From positions 1 through 39,573 of the forward strand of contig CAZIPD010000002.1 in assembly GCA_964541175.1 (NCBI GenBank): DNA of 39,573 bases. The letters are read 5' to 3'. Positions 26,634 to 36,366 of this stretch are shown here, in pieces. The translations under genes and the position numbers were made by a program. Within the stretch, counting starts at the first letter, position 1. Every line of letters starts with the position of its first letter. The DNA comes from an uncultured Pseudomonadales bacterium. GTDB lineage: Bacteria; Patescibacteriota; Microgenomatia; UBA1400; MFAQ01. A model generated the notes under the pieces. It made no database searches, was not told where the DNA came from, and saw nothing but the letters and a program-made list of their open reading frames with translations.

Positions 26634-27260
26634 ATGGCTGATTTTGATAAACTCGTAGTTTCATTCCTCGTCGACGAAGTAGTCGGAGGTTTCTTTATCT
26701 CCGTTCCTCCTGGACACGTAGCCTGCGTTTACGATAGAGGGCTTGGAGTTCTCAAGCGAGTTTGGGGACCGGGACTCCACCTCAAAATTCCCTTCTGGCA
26801 GATAGCAAAACTTTTCAACGGTCAGATCCTCGAATATACGATAAGGCACGGTTTTGACCTCAGCCAAAGAGAGTCCCTCGGAGATGAACCCATTGTCGTT
26901 TCCACCAAGGACAACAAGGTCGTCTCCATCGAAGGCTCGATCCTCTTTAAGATCGACAAAGCCAACGCCCCCGAGCTCTGGGAGCAAATAGGCGATAACT
27001 TCGTTTCCAAAGTCGTTCGTCCATACTCCCGAAGTCGTGTTTCCAGTATTGTCAGCCAATATAACGCCAAAGATATCGGTGCCCAACGTACCCAGATCGA
27101 AAAACTTATTAAAGAAGAACTCAATAAACTCTTCTCTGATAAAGCGATCGTCGTCGAGAACGTCCTCTTCTCCGAGGTAAAGGAAAGCCGTGGCGAAGCT
27201 CCTACAGAAAGCCACCCTGTCCTATCCGGCAACCCAACGAGCATTACCCCTCAAGGTTGA
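26634..27260 (+). CDS. SPFH/Band 7 (prohibitin/HflK-C-like) domain protein
   Basis: 208 aa with VPPGHVACVYDRGLGVLKRVWGPGLHLKIPFWQ...VVSTKDNKVVSIEGSILFKI. Confidence 0.8.
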   Translation: MADFDKLVVSFLVDEVVGGFFISVPPGHVACVYDRGLGVLKRVWGPGLHLKIPFWQIAKLFNGQILEYTIRHGFDLSQRESLGDEPIVVSTKDNKVVSIEGSILFKIDKANAPELWEQIGDNFVSKVVRPYSRSRVSSIVSQYNAKDIGAQRTQIEKLIKEELNKLFSDKAIVVENVLFSEVKESRGEAPTESHPVLSGNPTSITPQG

Positions 27261-27279
27261 TTTTGTATATACTTTAACT

Positions 27280-30200
27280 ATGGCCTCGCCCAAGTATTCC
27301 GTCCTGCAGGTAAAACCTGCCAAAGACTCCCTCATTGGGCAATCCACTTTTGTCCAATTTCTCAGTTCGCTTAAATCTTCTCTTAGGGCAAATATGCTCG
27401 ACCGCCTTCTTGGTACCTATGACACCATCTGTCTGGAGATTATCAACCTCAACCAAACAACCTTTTTTGTCATTGCTTGTCCGGAGAGAATGGAGCACCT
27501 GGTCCGCTCACAAATAGCTGCTCAATACCCCAATGCCCTGATTAATCCCATGGAGGACTATTTACCCCAGTGGCTGACACACGGTCAACCCCAAGCGGCT
27601 AGGCTTGTCCTCACGGCCCCTTCATATCTTCCGATCAATGCTACCGACGATGCGGCTGTAGATCAACTTTCATCGGTCCTCGGAGGACTTTCCCGTCTTC
27701 TCCCGGGTCAAGCTGCCATTATCCAGATCTGCTTATTTGCCGCCCCCAAGAACTGGCAAAGAGCTATTCGTGGATTTCTCGACGCAGGTGTCGGCAATGA
27801 GCCTGAAAAATTCAAGGCTCACCCTCAAAAAACCCACATCGAAACAAAACTGGCATATCAGGCTTACTCCGCCGATATTCGTTTAGTGGCCATTACACCT
27901 AGCGAAGATCAATCAAAGAACCTTCTCCACCAACTGGCAGCCGCCTATGGCACCTATTCTTCCTCCGAAGGTAATAGTTTTTCCCTCAAGACCCCCAAGG
28001 CGCACAACCAACAGAAGTTGATAGACTCCATCATTAACCGTTCCGCCAAGTATGCTACCCAGAGCCAATATTTAAATTACTTTGAAATATCCGCCCTTTT
28101 TCATCTTCCCAATGCCAATCTGGCAACCATAAAAAATATCGCTTGGGGAAAAACTCTCAAAGGAGAGCCTCCCGCCAACCTTTTCGTCGAGGAAGGACTG
28201 ACCGAGGAAGAGAAGAAAGACATCAACTTCTTTGCCAAGACCGAGTTCAAGAATCAACTGGTGAGTTTTGGCATGAAGAAAGGGGACGACCGCCGTCGAC
28301 ATGTCTACGTCTTGGGTAAATCCGGTACCGGTAAATCCACGCTTCTGGCTAACATGTGTATCAATGATATCCGTCATGGAGAGGGAGTTGCACTGGTCGA
28401 TCCTCATGGTGATACTGCCGAGAGGATCCTTGACTATATTCCCCGAGAACGTATCAACGACGTTGCCTATCTCGACCCTTCGGTTGCCGGGAAATCATTC
28501 CACATGAATCCGCTCTTCGTCAAAAATCCGGCCTACAGCGAACTTGTCGCCTCGGGTATCGTCTCGATTTTCAGCAAACTCTACGGTAACTCTTGGGGAC
28601 CTCGTCTCGAATATATTTTAAGGAATACTCTCCTCACCCTTGTTTCCAAACCGGGATCGACACTCCTCGACGTCCCAAGACTTCTGACCAGTAAACCGTT
28701 CCGTGAGGATTACCTGACCAGTGTCAAAGATGCCGTTCTCATTAACTTCTGGCACGATGAATATGACAAATACTCCGAAAAATTTCAGTCGGAAGCCATC
28801 TCTCCTATTCTTAACAAAGTCGGTCAGTTTATAACCTCTCCGACAATCAGGGATATCATTTCTCATCCCGACTCAACGGCCGACTTCGAAGACCTGATGA
28901 ATCAAGGCAAGATCATCATTCTCAATCTCCCTCAAGGCAAGATCGGTGAAGACAACGCCGCTCTTCTTGGAGCCATGTTCATCTCCCAGATCCAGATAGC
29001 CGCCATGAACAGGGCCAATATTCCGGAGGAACAACGCAAAGACTTCTTCCTCTACGTTGATGAGTTCCAGAACTTCGCCACGACTTCATTTATCAAAATT
29101 CTCTCCGAGGCCAGAAAATACAGACTTAACCTGATTCTTGCTAATCAATACACTGCCCAACTACCGGAAGAGATCCAAAAAGCCATTTTTGGCAACGCCG
29201 GTACTTTAATTAGCTTCGTCGTCGGCGCCGATGATGCCAACCGTCTCATGAGCGAGCTTGGAAGCTTCTACACCCAGGACGACCTCGTCTCCCTTCCACG
29301 CTACCAAACGATAATCAAGCTCTCGGTCAACTCCACCATCTCCATGCCTTTCCCGGCTCACACTCTACCCGTGCCACCGGTCACCGACACCTTCCGCCAA
29401 CAAGTCATCGAATCCAGTGAATCCCGATATTACCGCCCCATCGTCGAGCAGCCCATGCCCGTTCTTCCTCCGTATAAAGAGGAACCTCGTCGTGAAGAAA
29501 GACGCTACCAGGATCAACGCCCTCAACGCCAATACGATTCTCGACCACAACAATCCCAACCCCCTCAACGCCAATACGATTCCCGACCACAACAGCCTCA
29601 ACCTCCTCGAGAATATAATCCTCCTCGCCCTTTGGAGCCGCGACCCCAATATCAACAATCCCAACCTCCAAGACAATCTCCATCTCCTCAAACTGCTCAA
29701 AACACGCCTCAATCACCGACTCCTCACCTTTCACCGGGGCCAACACCCAAAGAACCAACGATTGAAGAACTGGACGCTCTCCGTCGACAGGGGCTCCGAC
29801 CAAGTGTGGTCGGTTGTTTTGTAAACGAAAAACACCTCCTCCTCGTCTATCAGAAAATTCACAATATGTGGACTCTTCCTCAAGGGGGGATTGATAATCA
29901 AGAAACCCTCGAAGTTGCCTTTCAAAGAGAACTCTCTGATGAGGTTACCGAAGACTTCGTTAAGAACACCAAAAAAGCTGAACTCATCGCCGAAGATAAG
30001 ATCGAGTTTCCTCCCGGGAAGCAAGGGCTTCGCGACATGAAGTTGGACTCGGGTGACCCCGTGACGATGAAGGGAAAATATTATTACTTCTTGGTCTCCC
30101 AAGCCAATACCCGTGACATTGTGGTCTCGGCAACGGAATTTGACGACTACAAGTGGCTAAAATATGAAGAAGCGTATAAACTTATTAAAGAGTCCAATAC

Positions 30201-30522
30201 CGGAGGTAAGCTTCGCATCCTGACGATGATACTTAATAAACTCAGAGACAAAGGTTTATTAGCTCAAGATCAGATTCCTCCGACCAGGACAAATTATCAA
30301 GAACGACCCAGATACCATGGATCCAAACCCTACCAATCCCAACCCCCAAGACACCAACCCAACCCCTCCTATTCAATCGCAACCCCTTCCCCCGCTAAAG
30401 CTACCGAGAATACTTCCACAACAGGAAACAACCTCACAACAGGAAGTGCCCCCTCAGTCACCTTGGGAGACACCTCAGTCCCAGTCGGGAACAAACCTCC
30501 CTCCGCTACCTCCTCAGACTGA
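27280..30522 (+). CDS. soluble VirD4/TraD-like (FtsK-HerA superfamily) coupling-type ATPase fused to a C-terminal NUDIX hydrolase domain
   Basis: I chose the start at ATG 27280 (MASPKYSVLQ), which lies after the SPFH stop. Walker A is GKSGTGKST (28315-28341), followed by DPHGD. Walker B is FFLYVDEFQNF. The motif ARKYRLNLILANQYTAQL...AIFGNAGTLISFVVGADDA is typical of TraD-like DNA-binding ATPases. No N-terminal TM helix is present. A Pro/Gln repeat linker follows. The Nudix box is GGIDNQETLEVAFQRELSDEVTE (29884-29952). Confidence 0.75.
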   Translation: MASPKYSVLQVKPAKDSLIGQSTFVQFLSSLKSSLRANMLDRLLGTYDTICLEIINLNQTTFFVIACPERMEHLVRSQIAAQYPNALINPMEDYLPQWLTHGQPQAARLVLTAPSYLPINATDDAAVDQLSSVLGGLSRLLPGQAAIIQICLFAAPKNWQRAIRGFLDAGVGNEPEKFKAHPQKTHIETKLAYQAYSADIRLVAITPSEDQSKNLLHQLAAAYGTYSSSEGNSFSLKTPKAHNQQKLIDSIINRSAKYATQSQYLNYFEISALFHLPNANLATIKNIAWGKTLKGEPPANLFVEEGLTEEEKKDINFFAKTEFKNQLVSFGMKKGDDRRRHVYVLGKSGTGKSTLLANMCINDIRHGEGVALVDPHGDTAERILDYIPRERINDVAYLDPSVAGKSFHMNPLFVKNPAYSELVASGIVSIFSKLYGNSWGPRLEYILRNTLLTLVSKPGSTLLDVPRLLTSKPFREDYLTSVKDAVLINFWHDEYDKYSEKFQSEAISPILNKVGQFITSPTIRDIISHPDSTADFEDLMNQGKIIILNLPQGKIGEDNAALLGAMFISQIQIAAMNRANIPEEQRKDFFLYVDEFQNFATTSFIKILSEARKYRLNLILANQYTAQLPEEIQKAIFGNAGTLISFVVGADDANRLMSELGSFYTQDDLVSLPRYQTIIKLSVNSTISMPFPAHTLPVPPVTDTFRQQVIESSESRYYRPIVEQPMPVLPPYKEEPRREERRYQDQRPQRQYDSRPQQSQPPQRQYDSRPQQPQPPREYNPPRPLEPRPQYQQSQPPRQSPSPQTAQNTPQSPTPHLSPGPTPKEPTIEELDALRRQGLRPSVVGCFVNEKHLLLVYQKIHNMWTLPQGGIDNQETLEVAFQRELSDEVTEDFVKNTKKAELIAEDKIEFPPGKQGLRDMKLDSGDPVTMKGKYYYFLVSQANTRDIVVSATEFDDYKWLKYEEAYKLIKESNTGGKLRILTMILNKLRDKGLLAQDQIPPTRTNYQERPRYHGSKPYQSQPPRHQPNPSYSIATPSPAKATENTSTTGNNLTTGSAPSVTLGDTSVPVGNKPPSATSSD
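29521..29604 (+). repeat. 42-bp tandem duplication (2 copies) encoding PQRQYDSRPQQ(S/P)QP
   Basis: 29521-29562 and 29563-29604 differ at only about 5 positions. The duplication lies in the linker between the ATPase and NUDIX domains. Confidence 0.85.
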
Positions 30523-31507
30523 TATTATCTCTGCTCCAGCCGACGAATTGATCACTCAAGAAGAAGCCCCTTACAATGAAGCTCCCACAGTAGAAAGAGA
30601 ACCTTTCAGCCCACATCCGTCAGACGACATTCCCTTTTCACCTGAACCAACTTCTTTTGAATCCACGACCTTCGAACCCGCGCCTTTCAGTCCTCCTTCC
30701 CCGGAACCAACATCTTCATTGGAGCTGGAAACAACCATCACGTCCAAGAACGGATCTGGTAGTCCAAGGATTCTCCTAACCGGTCTCTCTCTCATATTGG
30801 TTGGTACGCTGGTCGGTGTTTTAGCGGCCAACTTCCTCCCCCCGATCGGTCTTCCTGGTCAAACCACTCCAACCCCTACGGTCGAGATTACACCGACCGC
30901 CCCTCTGACGCAGTCGGTTACCAGTCTTGAATACAGCTTCTCCGTTGAAATGCCCGTGAGCTGGATCCAATCGGGGAACACGGCAGAATTTCCCTACCTC
31001 TTCCAGTATCAGGCAACTGACAACAGCACCTTTGAAATATTGGTTAGGGATCTACCAAAGGGGACATCAATCACCCAATATCTTGCCCAACAAGACAAAG
31101 TTTCTGCGACAGCTTTCGAAGGGAAACCAAGCAAAAAAGTCATCAGTACTCAAGAAATCGTCGTTAATGGCGTTACCGGGGTAGAGAGGGAAGAGGAGTT
31201 CCTGGCAGCCGGTCTTATCGGTCGTGTCATATATCTTCCGGGAAAGACCAAGGTCTACTCACTCAGTTTCATCCCCGGCACCGACACTGCTCCGATAATG
31301 ACCTCTCAGATATATCAAGATAGACAAACGATAATCGATTCTTTCAGGATCACCGGCAGTGAATCTTCTGCCGCCTACACCTGCCCCCCGGGAGAATGGG
31401 TTGACTGTATGCCGGGGCCGGGTGGAGCTCCCCGTCCGGAATGCGAGACCATATATCTTGACTGGGCTAAAGCTAACTGTCCCGGTTTCAAAGGCGCCGC
31501 TCTGTAA
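30317..31507 (+). CDS. single-pass membrane protein with a Pro-rich N-terminal region and an extracytoplasmic alpha/beta domain ending in a Cys-rich tail
   Basis: 396-aa ORF. The TM helix is ILLTGLSLILVGTLVGVLAANFL. The C-terminus is CPPGEWVDCMPGPGGAPRPECETIYLDWAKANCPGF. The start is uncertain because ATG 30317 overlaps the upstream gene by 205 nt; an in-frame TTG at 30548 is an alternative. Confidence 0.55.
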   Translation: MDPNPTNPNPQDTNPTPPIQSQPLPPLKLPRILPQQETTSQQEVPPQSPWETPQSQSGTNLPPLPPQTDIISAPADELITQEEAPYNEAPTVEREPFSPHPSDDIPFSPEPTSFESTTFEPAPFSPPSPEPTSSLELETTITSKNGSGSPRILLTGLSLILVGTLVGVLAANFLPPIGLPGQTTPTPTVEITPTAPLTQSVTSLEYSFSVEMPVSWIQSGNTAEFPYLFQYQATDNSTFEILVRDLPKGTSITQYLAQQDKVSATAFEGKPSKKVISTQEIVVNGVTGVEREEEFLAAGLIGRVIYLPGKTKVYSLSFIPGTDTAPIMTSQIYQDRQTIIDSFRITGSESSAAYTCPPGEWVDCMPGPGGAPRPECETIYLDWAKANCPGFKGAAL

Positions 31508-31511
31508 TTAC

Positions 31512-31540
31512 TTGACACCCACTCTTTTTTCTGTAAAAAT
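31512..31540 (+). promoter_or_regulatory. sigma-70-type promoter of groES-groEL
   Basis: TTGACA lies at 31512-31517. An A/T-rich -10 (TAAAAAT) lies at 31534-31540, giving a spacer of about 16-17 nt. Confidence 0.55.
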
Positions 31541-31565
31541 AGCACTCGGAGACATCGAGTGCTTA
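31539..31565 (+). promoter_or_regulatory. CIRCE operator (HrcA binding site)
   Basis: ATAGCACTC-GGAGACATC-GAGTGCTTA matches 16/18 positions of TTAGCACTC-N9-GAGTGCTAA and overlaps the -10 region upstream of groES. Confidence 0.85.
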
Positions 31566-31633
31566 TTTTAGGACTGACAACTCTGGTATACTCGAGACTC
31601 TCCGGAATGCTAATTAATAAAGTTAGTAAAAAT

Positions 31634-31945
31634 ATGGTTAACACCCTTACCGTTAAAAAACTTCAACCCGCTCCTGGGTACGTATTAGTAGAACCTGCAA
31701 AGCAGGAAAAAAAGACCGCCTCCGGTCTGTATCTCCCTGACTCTCATGAGGAAAAACCTCAATACGGCACCGTTCTCGCCGCTGGGGACGACATGGTCAA
31801 CGATCGTGGTGTCAAATCCTCTTCTCCTGTCAAAGCCGGTGATACCGTTATCTACAAGAAGTGGGGAGGTAACGAAGTCCAAGTCGGAGATACCGAATAC
31901 CAATTCCTCCGTTTCGACGACATTCTCGCACTAGTAAAGAAATAA
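31634..31945 (+). CDS. groES: co-chaperonin GroES
   Basis: 103 aa from ATG 31634 (MVNTLTVKKLQPAPGYVLVEP...). The longer ORF starting at 31559 would cover CIRCE. Confidence 0.92.
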   Translation: MVNTLTVKKLQPAPGYVLVEPAKQEKKTASGLYLPDSHEEKPQYGTVLAAGDDMVNDRGVKSSSPVKAGDTVIYKKWGGNEVQVGDTEYQFLRFDDILALVKK

Positions 31946-31958
31946 ATTTAAAAAATAA

Positions 31959-33584
<1,626 letters not shown>

Positions 33585-33605
33585 TCGGCAAAATAATATG
33601 CCCAC

Positions 33606-33637
33606 AAAAAAAAGACCTCGTTTGGAGGTCTTTTTTG
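33606..33637 (+). terminator. rho-independent (bidirectional-type) terminator after groEL
   Basis: An A-run precedes AGACCTC-GTTTG-GAGGTCT, which is followed by TTTTTT. Confidence 0.8.
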
Positions 33638-33651
33638 TTATCATCAACTAC

Positions 33652-34239
33652 ATGGACGAAGCAGCCAAAGCTCATCTCTCCCTCGACCCGGTAATGAAAA
33701 ACCTTTTGGACAATTTCACGATTAAGGAATACTGGGGTCAACAGCAAAATTATTTTCTCGACCTCATCGAGATAGTCACCGGACAGCAACTATCAATGAA
33801 AGCGGCCAAAAGCATCTTCGATCGCTTCCTCTCCCTCTATCCTCAAACTCCCACTCCTAAAGTGCTGGTTACGACCTCTAATGAAACTCTTCGATCGGTT
33901 GGATTCTCCAAAGCCAAAGCACTCTACGTCAAAAACATCGCCCAGGCAATTCTCGACCGGCAGATCGACCCCGACTCCTTTGACCGGATGTCCGATGAGG
34001 ATATTACGAAAAACTTGATTAAAATTAAAGGCATCGGCCCATGGTCCGTAGAAATGTTCCTCATCTTTACCCTTCATCGACCGGATATATTTTCCGTAGG
34101 GGATTTGGGGATTAGATCGGCCATCGAAAAACTCTATGGTTTGGACAGGAATGACAAAGAAGGAATTGTTAAACTCTCACAGAACTGGAGTCCCTTTAGA
34201 ACTCATGCTTGCCGCCTTCTTTGGATGAGTTTGGAGTGA
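33652..34239 (+). CDS. HhH-GPD family DNA-3-methyladenine glycosylase II (AlkA-like)
   Basis: 195 aa from ATG 33652, after the terminator. The helix-hairpin-helix is LIKIKGIGPWSVEMFLIF and the catalytic Asp lies in FSVGDLGIRSAI. Confidence 0.8.
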   Translation: MDEAAKAHLSLDPVMKNLLDNFTIKEYWGQQQNYFLDLIEIVTGQQLSMKAAKSIFDRFLSLYPQTPTPKVLVTTSNETLRSVGFSKAKALYVKNIAQAILDRQIDPDSFDRMSDEDITKNLIKIKGIGPWSVEMFLIFTLHRPDIFSVGDLGIRSAIEKLYGLDRNDKEGIVKLSQNWSPFRTHACRLLWMSLE

Positions 34240-34278
34240 TACTCTAGTCATCGGGGATCTCACTATGTAAGATAAGAC

Positions 34279-35076
34279 ATGCCGGATATATCACCCGAAT
34301 CTCCCGTAAAAACAGAAAAAAGTCGACTCCAACAACTACTGGACAGGATTAAAGCATCATCAAACAATATTCAAGGCCGGAACAAGGACGAACCTAAGGT
34401 CCACTTTGATAAAACACTGTTAGTCCAATCACGTCTGAAATACGACCGCTTCTTTGAGGAACCTACCCAAGAAAATCGCTACGGGATGTGGCAGGGAAGA
34501 CGCATCATCGGTAGAGACGTTCCCATAAATAAGGGAGTCTATCTTGGCGGATCAGAGCGAGAGGCAATAGTCGTTGATGACGAAACGATGCCTGTTCTTA
34601 GTGAAATCTACCAAGAAGTACAAACGCTCATCGAAGAAAGAGGCGGAAACTATAAAACAAATGCCCTCAGGGCGGTCTTTGATATAGCCACCAAAAGGAT
34701 CAAATTCATTGGTGAAGACGGAGTTAAAGATATCGCTAACGAGCTCAATATCTGGCCGGACAAAAAAGTAGGTCTCAAGGTATATATCAAAAGAGGTGGG
34801 GTCTGTCGCCACCAAAATCTACTTTGTGCATATCTCCTCGAGCGTCTCTGTAAAGATGGCCACCTGGGAGGGAAGGTCTCCGTAGACAGGAATTTTGTTG
34901 AGGGGCAAGGAGGTCATGCCTGGTGCCGATATACTTCCCGGAACGGTACGGTTTTCATCCTCGATGTGACTCAGGAATATATCGGGAAGCTGGACGACTT
35001 GACCGGCAACGAGCTCCGTTGGTTTTACGAACGCCCCGAAGATAAAATACGTCAAAGCCAATTATCTCTTCGTTAG
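34279..35076 (+). CDS. transglutaminase-like (Cys-His-Asp) papain-fold protein, no signal peptide
   Basis: 265 aa. The candidate triad is GGVCRHQNLLCAYLL (Cys), QGGHAWCRY (His) and VFILDVT (Asp), with spacing typical of the transglutaminase-like superfamily. Confidence 0.45.
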   Translation: MPDISPESPVKTEKSRLQQLLDRIKASSNNIQGRNKDEPKVHFDKTLLVQSRLKYDRFFEEPTQENRYGMWQGRRIIGRDVPINKGVYLGGSEREAIVVDDETMPVLSEIYQEVQTLIEERGGNYKTNALRAVFDIATKRIKFIGEDGVKDIANELNIWPDKKVGLKVYIKRGGVCRHQNLLCAYLLERLCKDGHLGGKVSVDRNFVEGQGGHAWCRYTSRNGTVFILDVTQEYIGKLDDLTGNELRWFYERPEDKIRQSQLSLR

Positions 35077-35090
35077 ATATAATTCAACCC

Positions 35091-35495
35091 ATGATCGACA
35101 TTCAATCGGTTCTCGACCGGAAATTGGACAGCGTTGAAAAACATCTCCAAAACGCCATCTTTGAACGTGACCATTCGGCGACCCCGATGGAATCTCATTC
35201 TGACAAATCAAGGCAGCTCGCCGAACAGATGATCGATTCTTTAAACGATGAGAAAAAAAGACTTGTTGGTTTAGAAAGAAATATAAAAAACTTTACCCCC
35301 ACTCTTTTTGCTCTCACTACCCCGATAGGGAATAAGCAGTACGCTCTGGTACCGGAAGGACTGGGTGGTGAGCTGATTGGAGAGATTACCCTTATATCCC
35401 AAGAATCTCCCCTTGGCAGAAAACTCAAAGAATCAAAAAAAGGGGAGAAGTTCTCACTGAACGGAAAAGAATTCACCATCCTCTCCAAGGACTAG
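35091..35495 (+). CDS. GreA/GreB-family C-terminal-domain protein (Rnk-like size)
   Basis: 134 aa. A short coiled-coil N-terminus precedes QYALVPEGLGGELIGEITLISQESPLGRKLKESKKGEKFSLNGKEFTILS, which matches the GreA_GreB C-terminal pattern. Confidence 0.55.
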   Translation: MIDIQSVLDRKLDSVEKHLQNAIFERDHSATPMESHSDKSRQLAEQMIDSLNDEKKRLVGLERNIKNFTPTLFALTTPIGNKQYALVPEGLGGELIGEITLISQESPLGRKLKESKKGEKFSLNGKEFTILSKD

Positions 35496-35626
35496 GTCCA
35501 CGGAAATTAACCTCTTCGCCTTTAAATTAAGACGGTAAAAAAGATATCCCCAAAATAGGTGAGTTTTCCACACAACAAAAAGGATTGACAAATAAAGCAA
35601 AACACCGGGATAACTGTGAGAAATAC

Positions 35627-36214
35627 TTATTCCTTATTAAGCGTCAGATAAGGTCTTGGGTTAACGGTTCTATCTTCCTTTTTAATCTCCAAGTGCAGAT
35701 GAGGACCTGAAGTATTACCGGTCAATCCGACTTCACCAATTGGTTTTTCGGTTGAAACCTCATCTCCTTCCTCCACATAGATCTTGCCCATGTGAGCATA
35801 AAGGGTCAAAAGACCGTTTCCATGATCAATATAAACGGCTCTTCCGTAGTTCCATCTGGAGTTTTCGATCCTCATGACCACACCACTCTTAAGTGGGTAT
35901 AGTTTGGATCCCAAAGGAGCGGTAATGTCTACTCCTGGGTGTCCAAAATGGAAACCCTGAGAGACACCGGTAAAGTCCGGCAAAACATTAGACATGCTCT
36001 TTTTCGTTTCAAGAACGATCTGAGTGTCTATTATTGGGTAGTTGGCCAGAACGGTAGCATTGTCGGCAGGGATGAGTATCAATCCTGAAGCAAGTGAGGT
36101 GATAGCAAATCCTCCGCCCAAAGCGGTTCTGATCCATTTTGTTTCGAACACGGGTCTAAGAAGTTTAGAAAAGGGGTTAGAGACCCTGCATTTAGGTAGT
36201 ATGTTTAGTATCAT
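35627..36214 (-). CDS. M23 family metallopeptidase with an N-terminal anchor
   Basis: 195 aa with canonical motifs HPGVDI (HxxxD), LYAHMG and GPHLHLEI (HxH). Confidence 0.85.
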   Translation of the reverse strand: MILNILPKCRVSNPFSKLLRPVFETKWIRTALGGGFAITSLASGLILIPADNATVLANYPIIDTQIVLETKKSMSNVLPDFTGVSQGFHFGHPGVDITAPLGSKLYPLKSGVVMRIENSRWNYGRAVYIDHGNGLLTLYAHMGKIYVEEGDEVSTEKPIGEVGLTGNTSGPHLHLEIKKEDRTVNPRPYLTLNKE

Positions 36215-36248
36215 AGATGCGGGTAGAAACCCGCCTCAAGACAAAAAA

Positions 36249-36280
36249 TGTCTAGACATTACTAGACAGGCGGATATACT
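36249..36280 (+). promoter_or_regulatory. inverted repeat (candidate operator) plus a -10 box upstream of pgk-gap
   Basis: TGTCTAG (36249-36255) and CTAGACA (36262-36268) are separated by 6 nt. TATACT follows at 36275-36280. Confidence 0.35.
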
Positions 36281-36366
36281 AACATTGCTACCCCGTAATG
36301 TCAAATCCACGCCCGGTGAATAGCCTCGTCACAGGCACGGATTTTGATCTGGTATACACTATATCT

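Noticed and set aside
26661-27215. 184-aa and 140-aa minus-strand ORFs opposite the SPFH gene
   Set aside because: The plus-strand frame gives a canonical SPFH/Band-7 sequence and fits the tight operon spacing. The antisense frames have no motifs.
27190-27279. Upstream start of the ATPase-NUDIX ORF overlapping the SPFH gene by 71 nt
   Set aside because: ATG 27280 lies 19 nt after the SPFH stop and gives a clean gene boundary. The extension has no homology features.
31559-31633. Longer GroES start
   Set aside because: It would begin inside the CIRCE operator. GroES homology and its normal ~100-aa length fit ATG 31634.
36298-36366. Longer start of pgk
   Set aside because: PGK homology begins about 10 residues before NVIIRADLDVP, which fits ATG 36367. 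The upstream 23 codons have no counterpart in PGKs.
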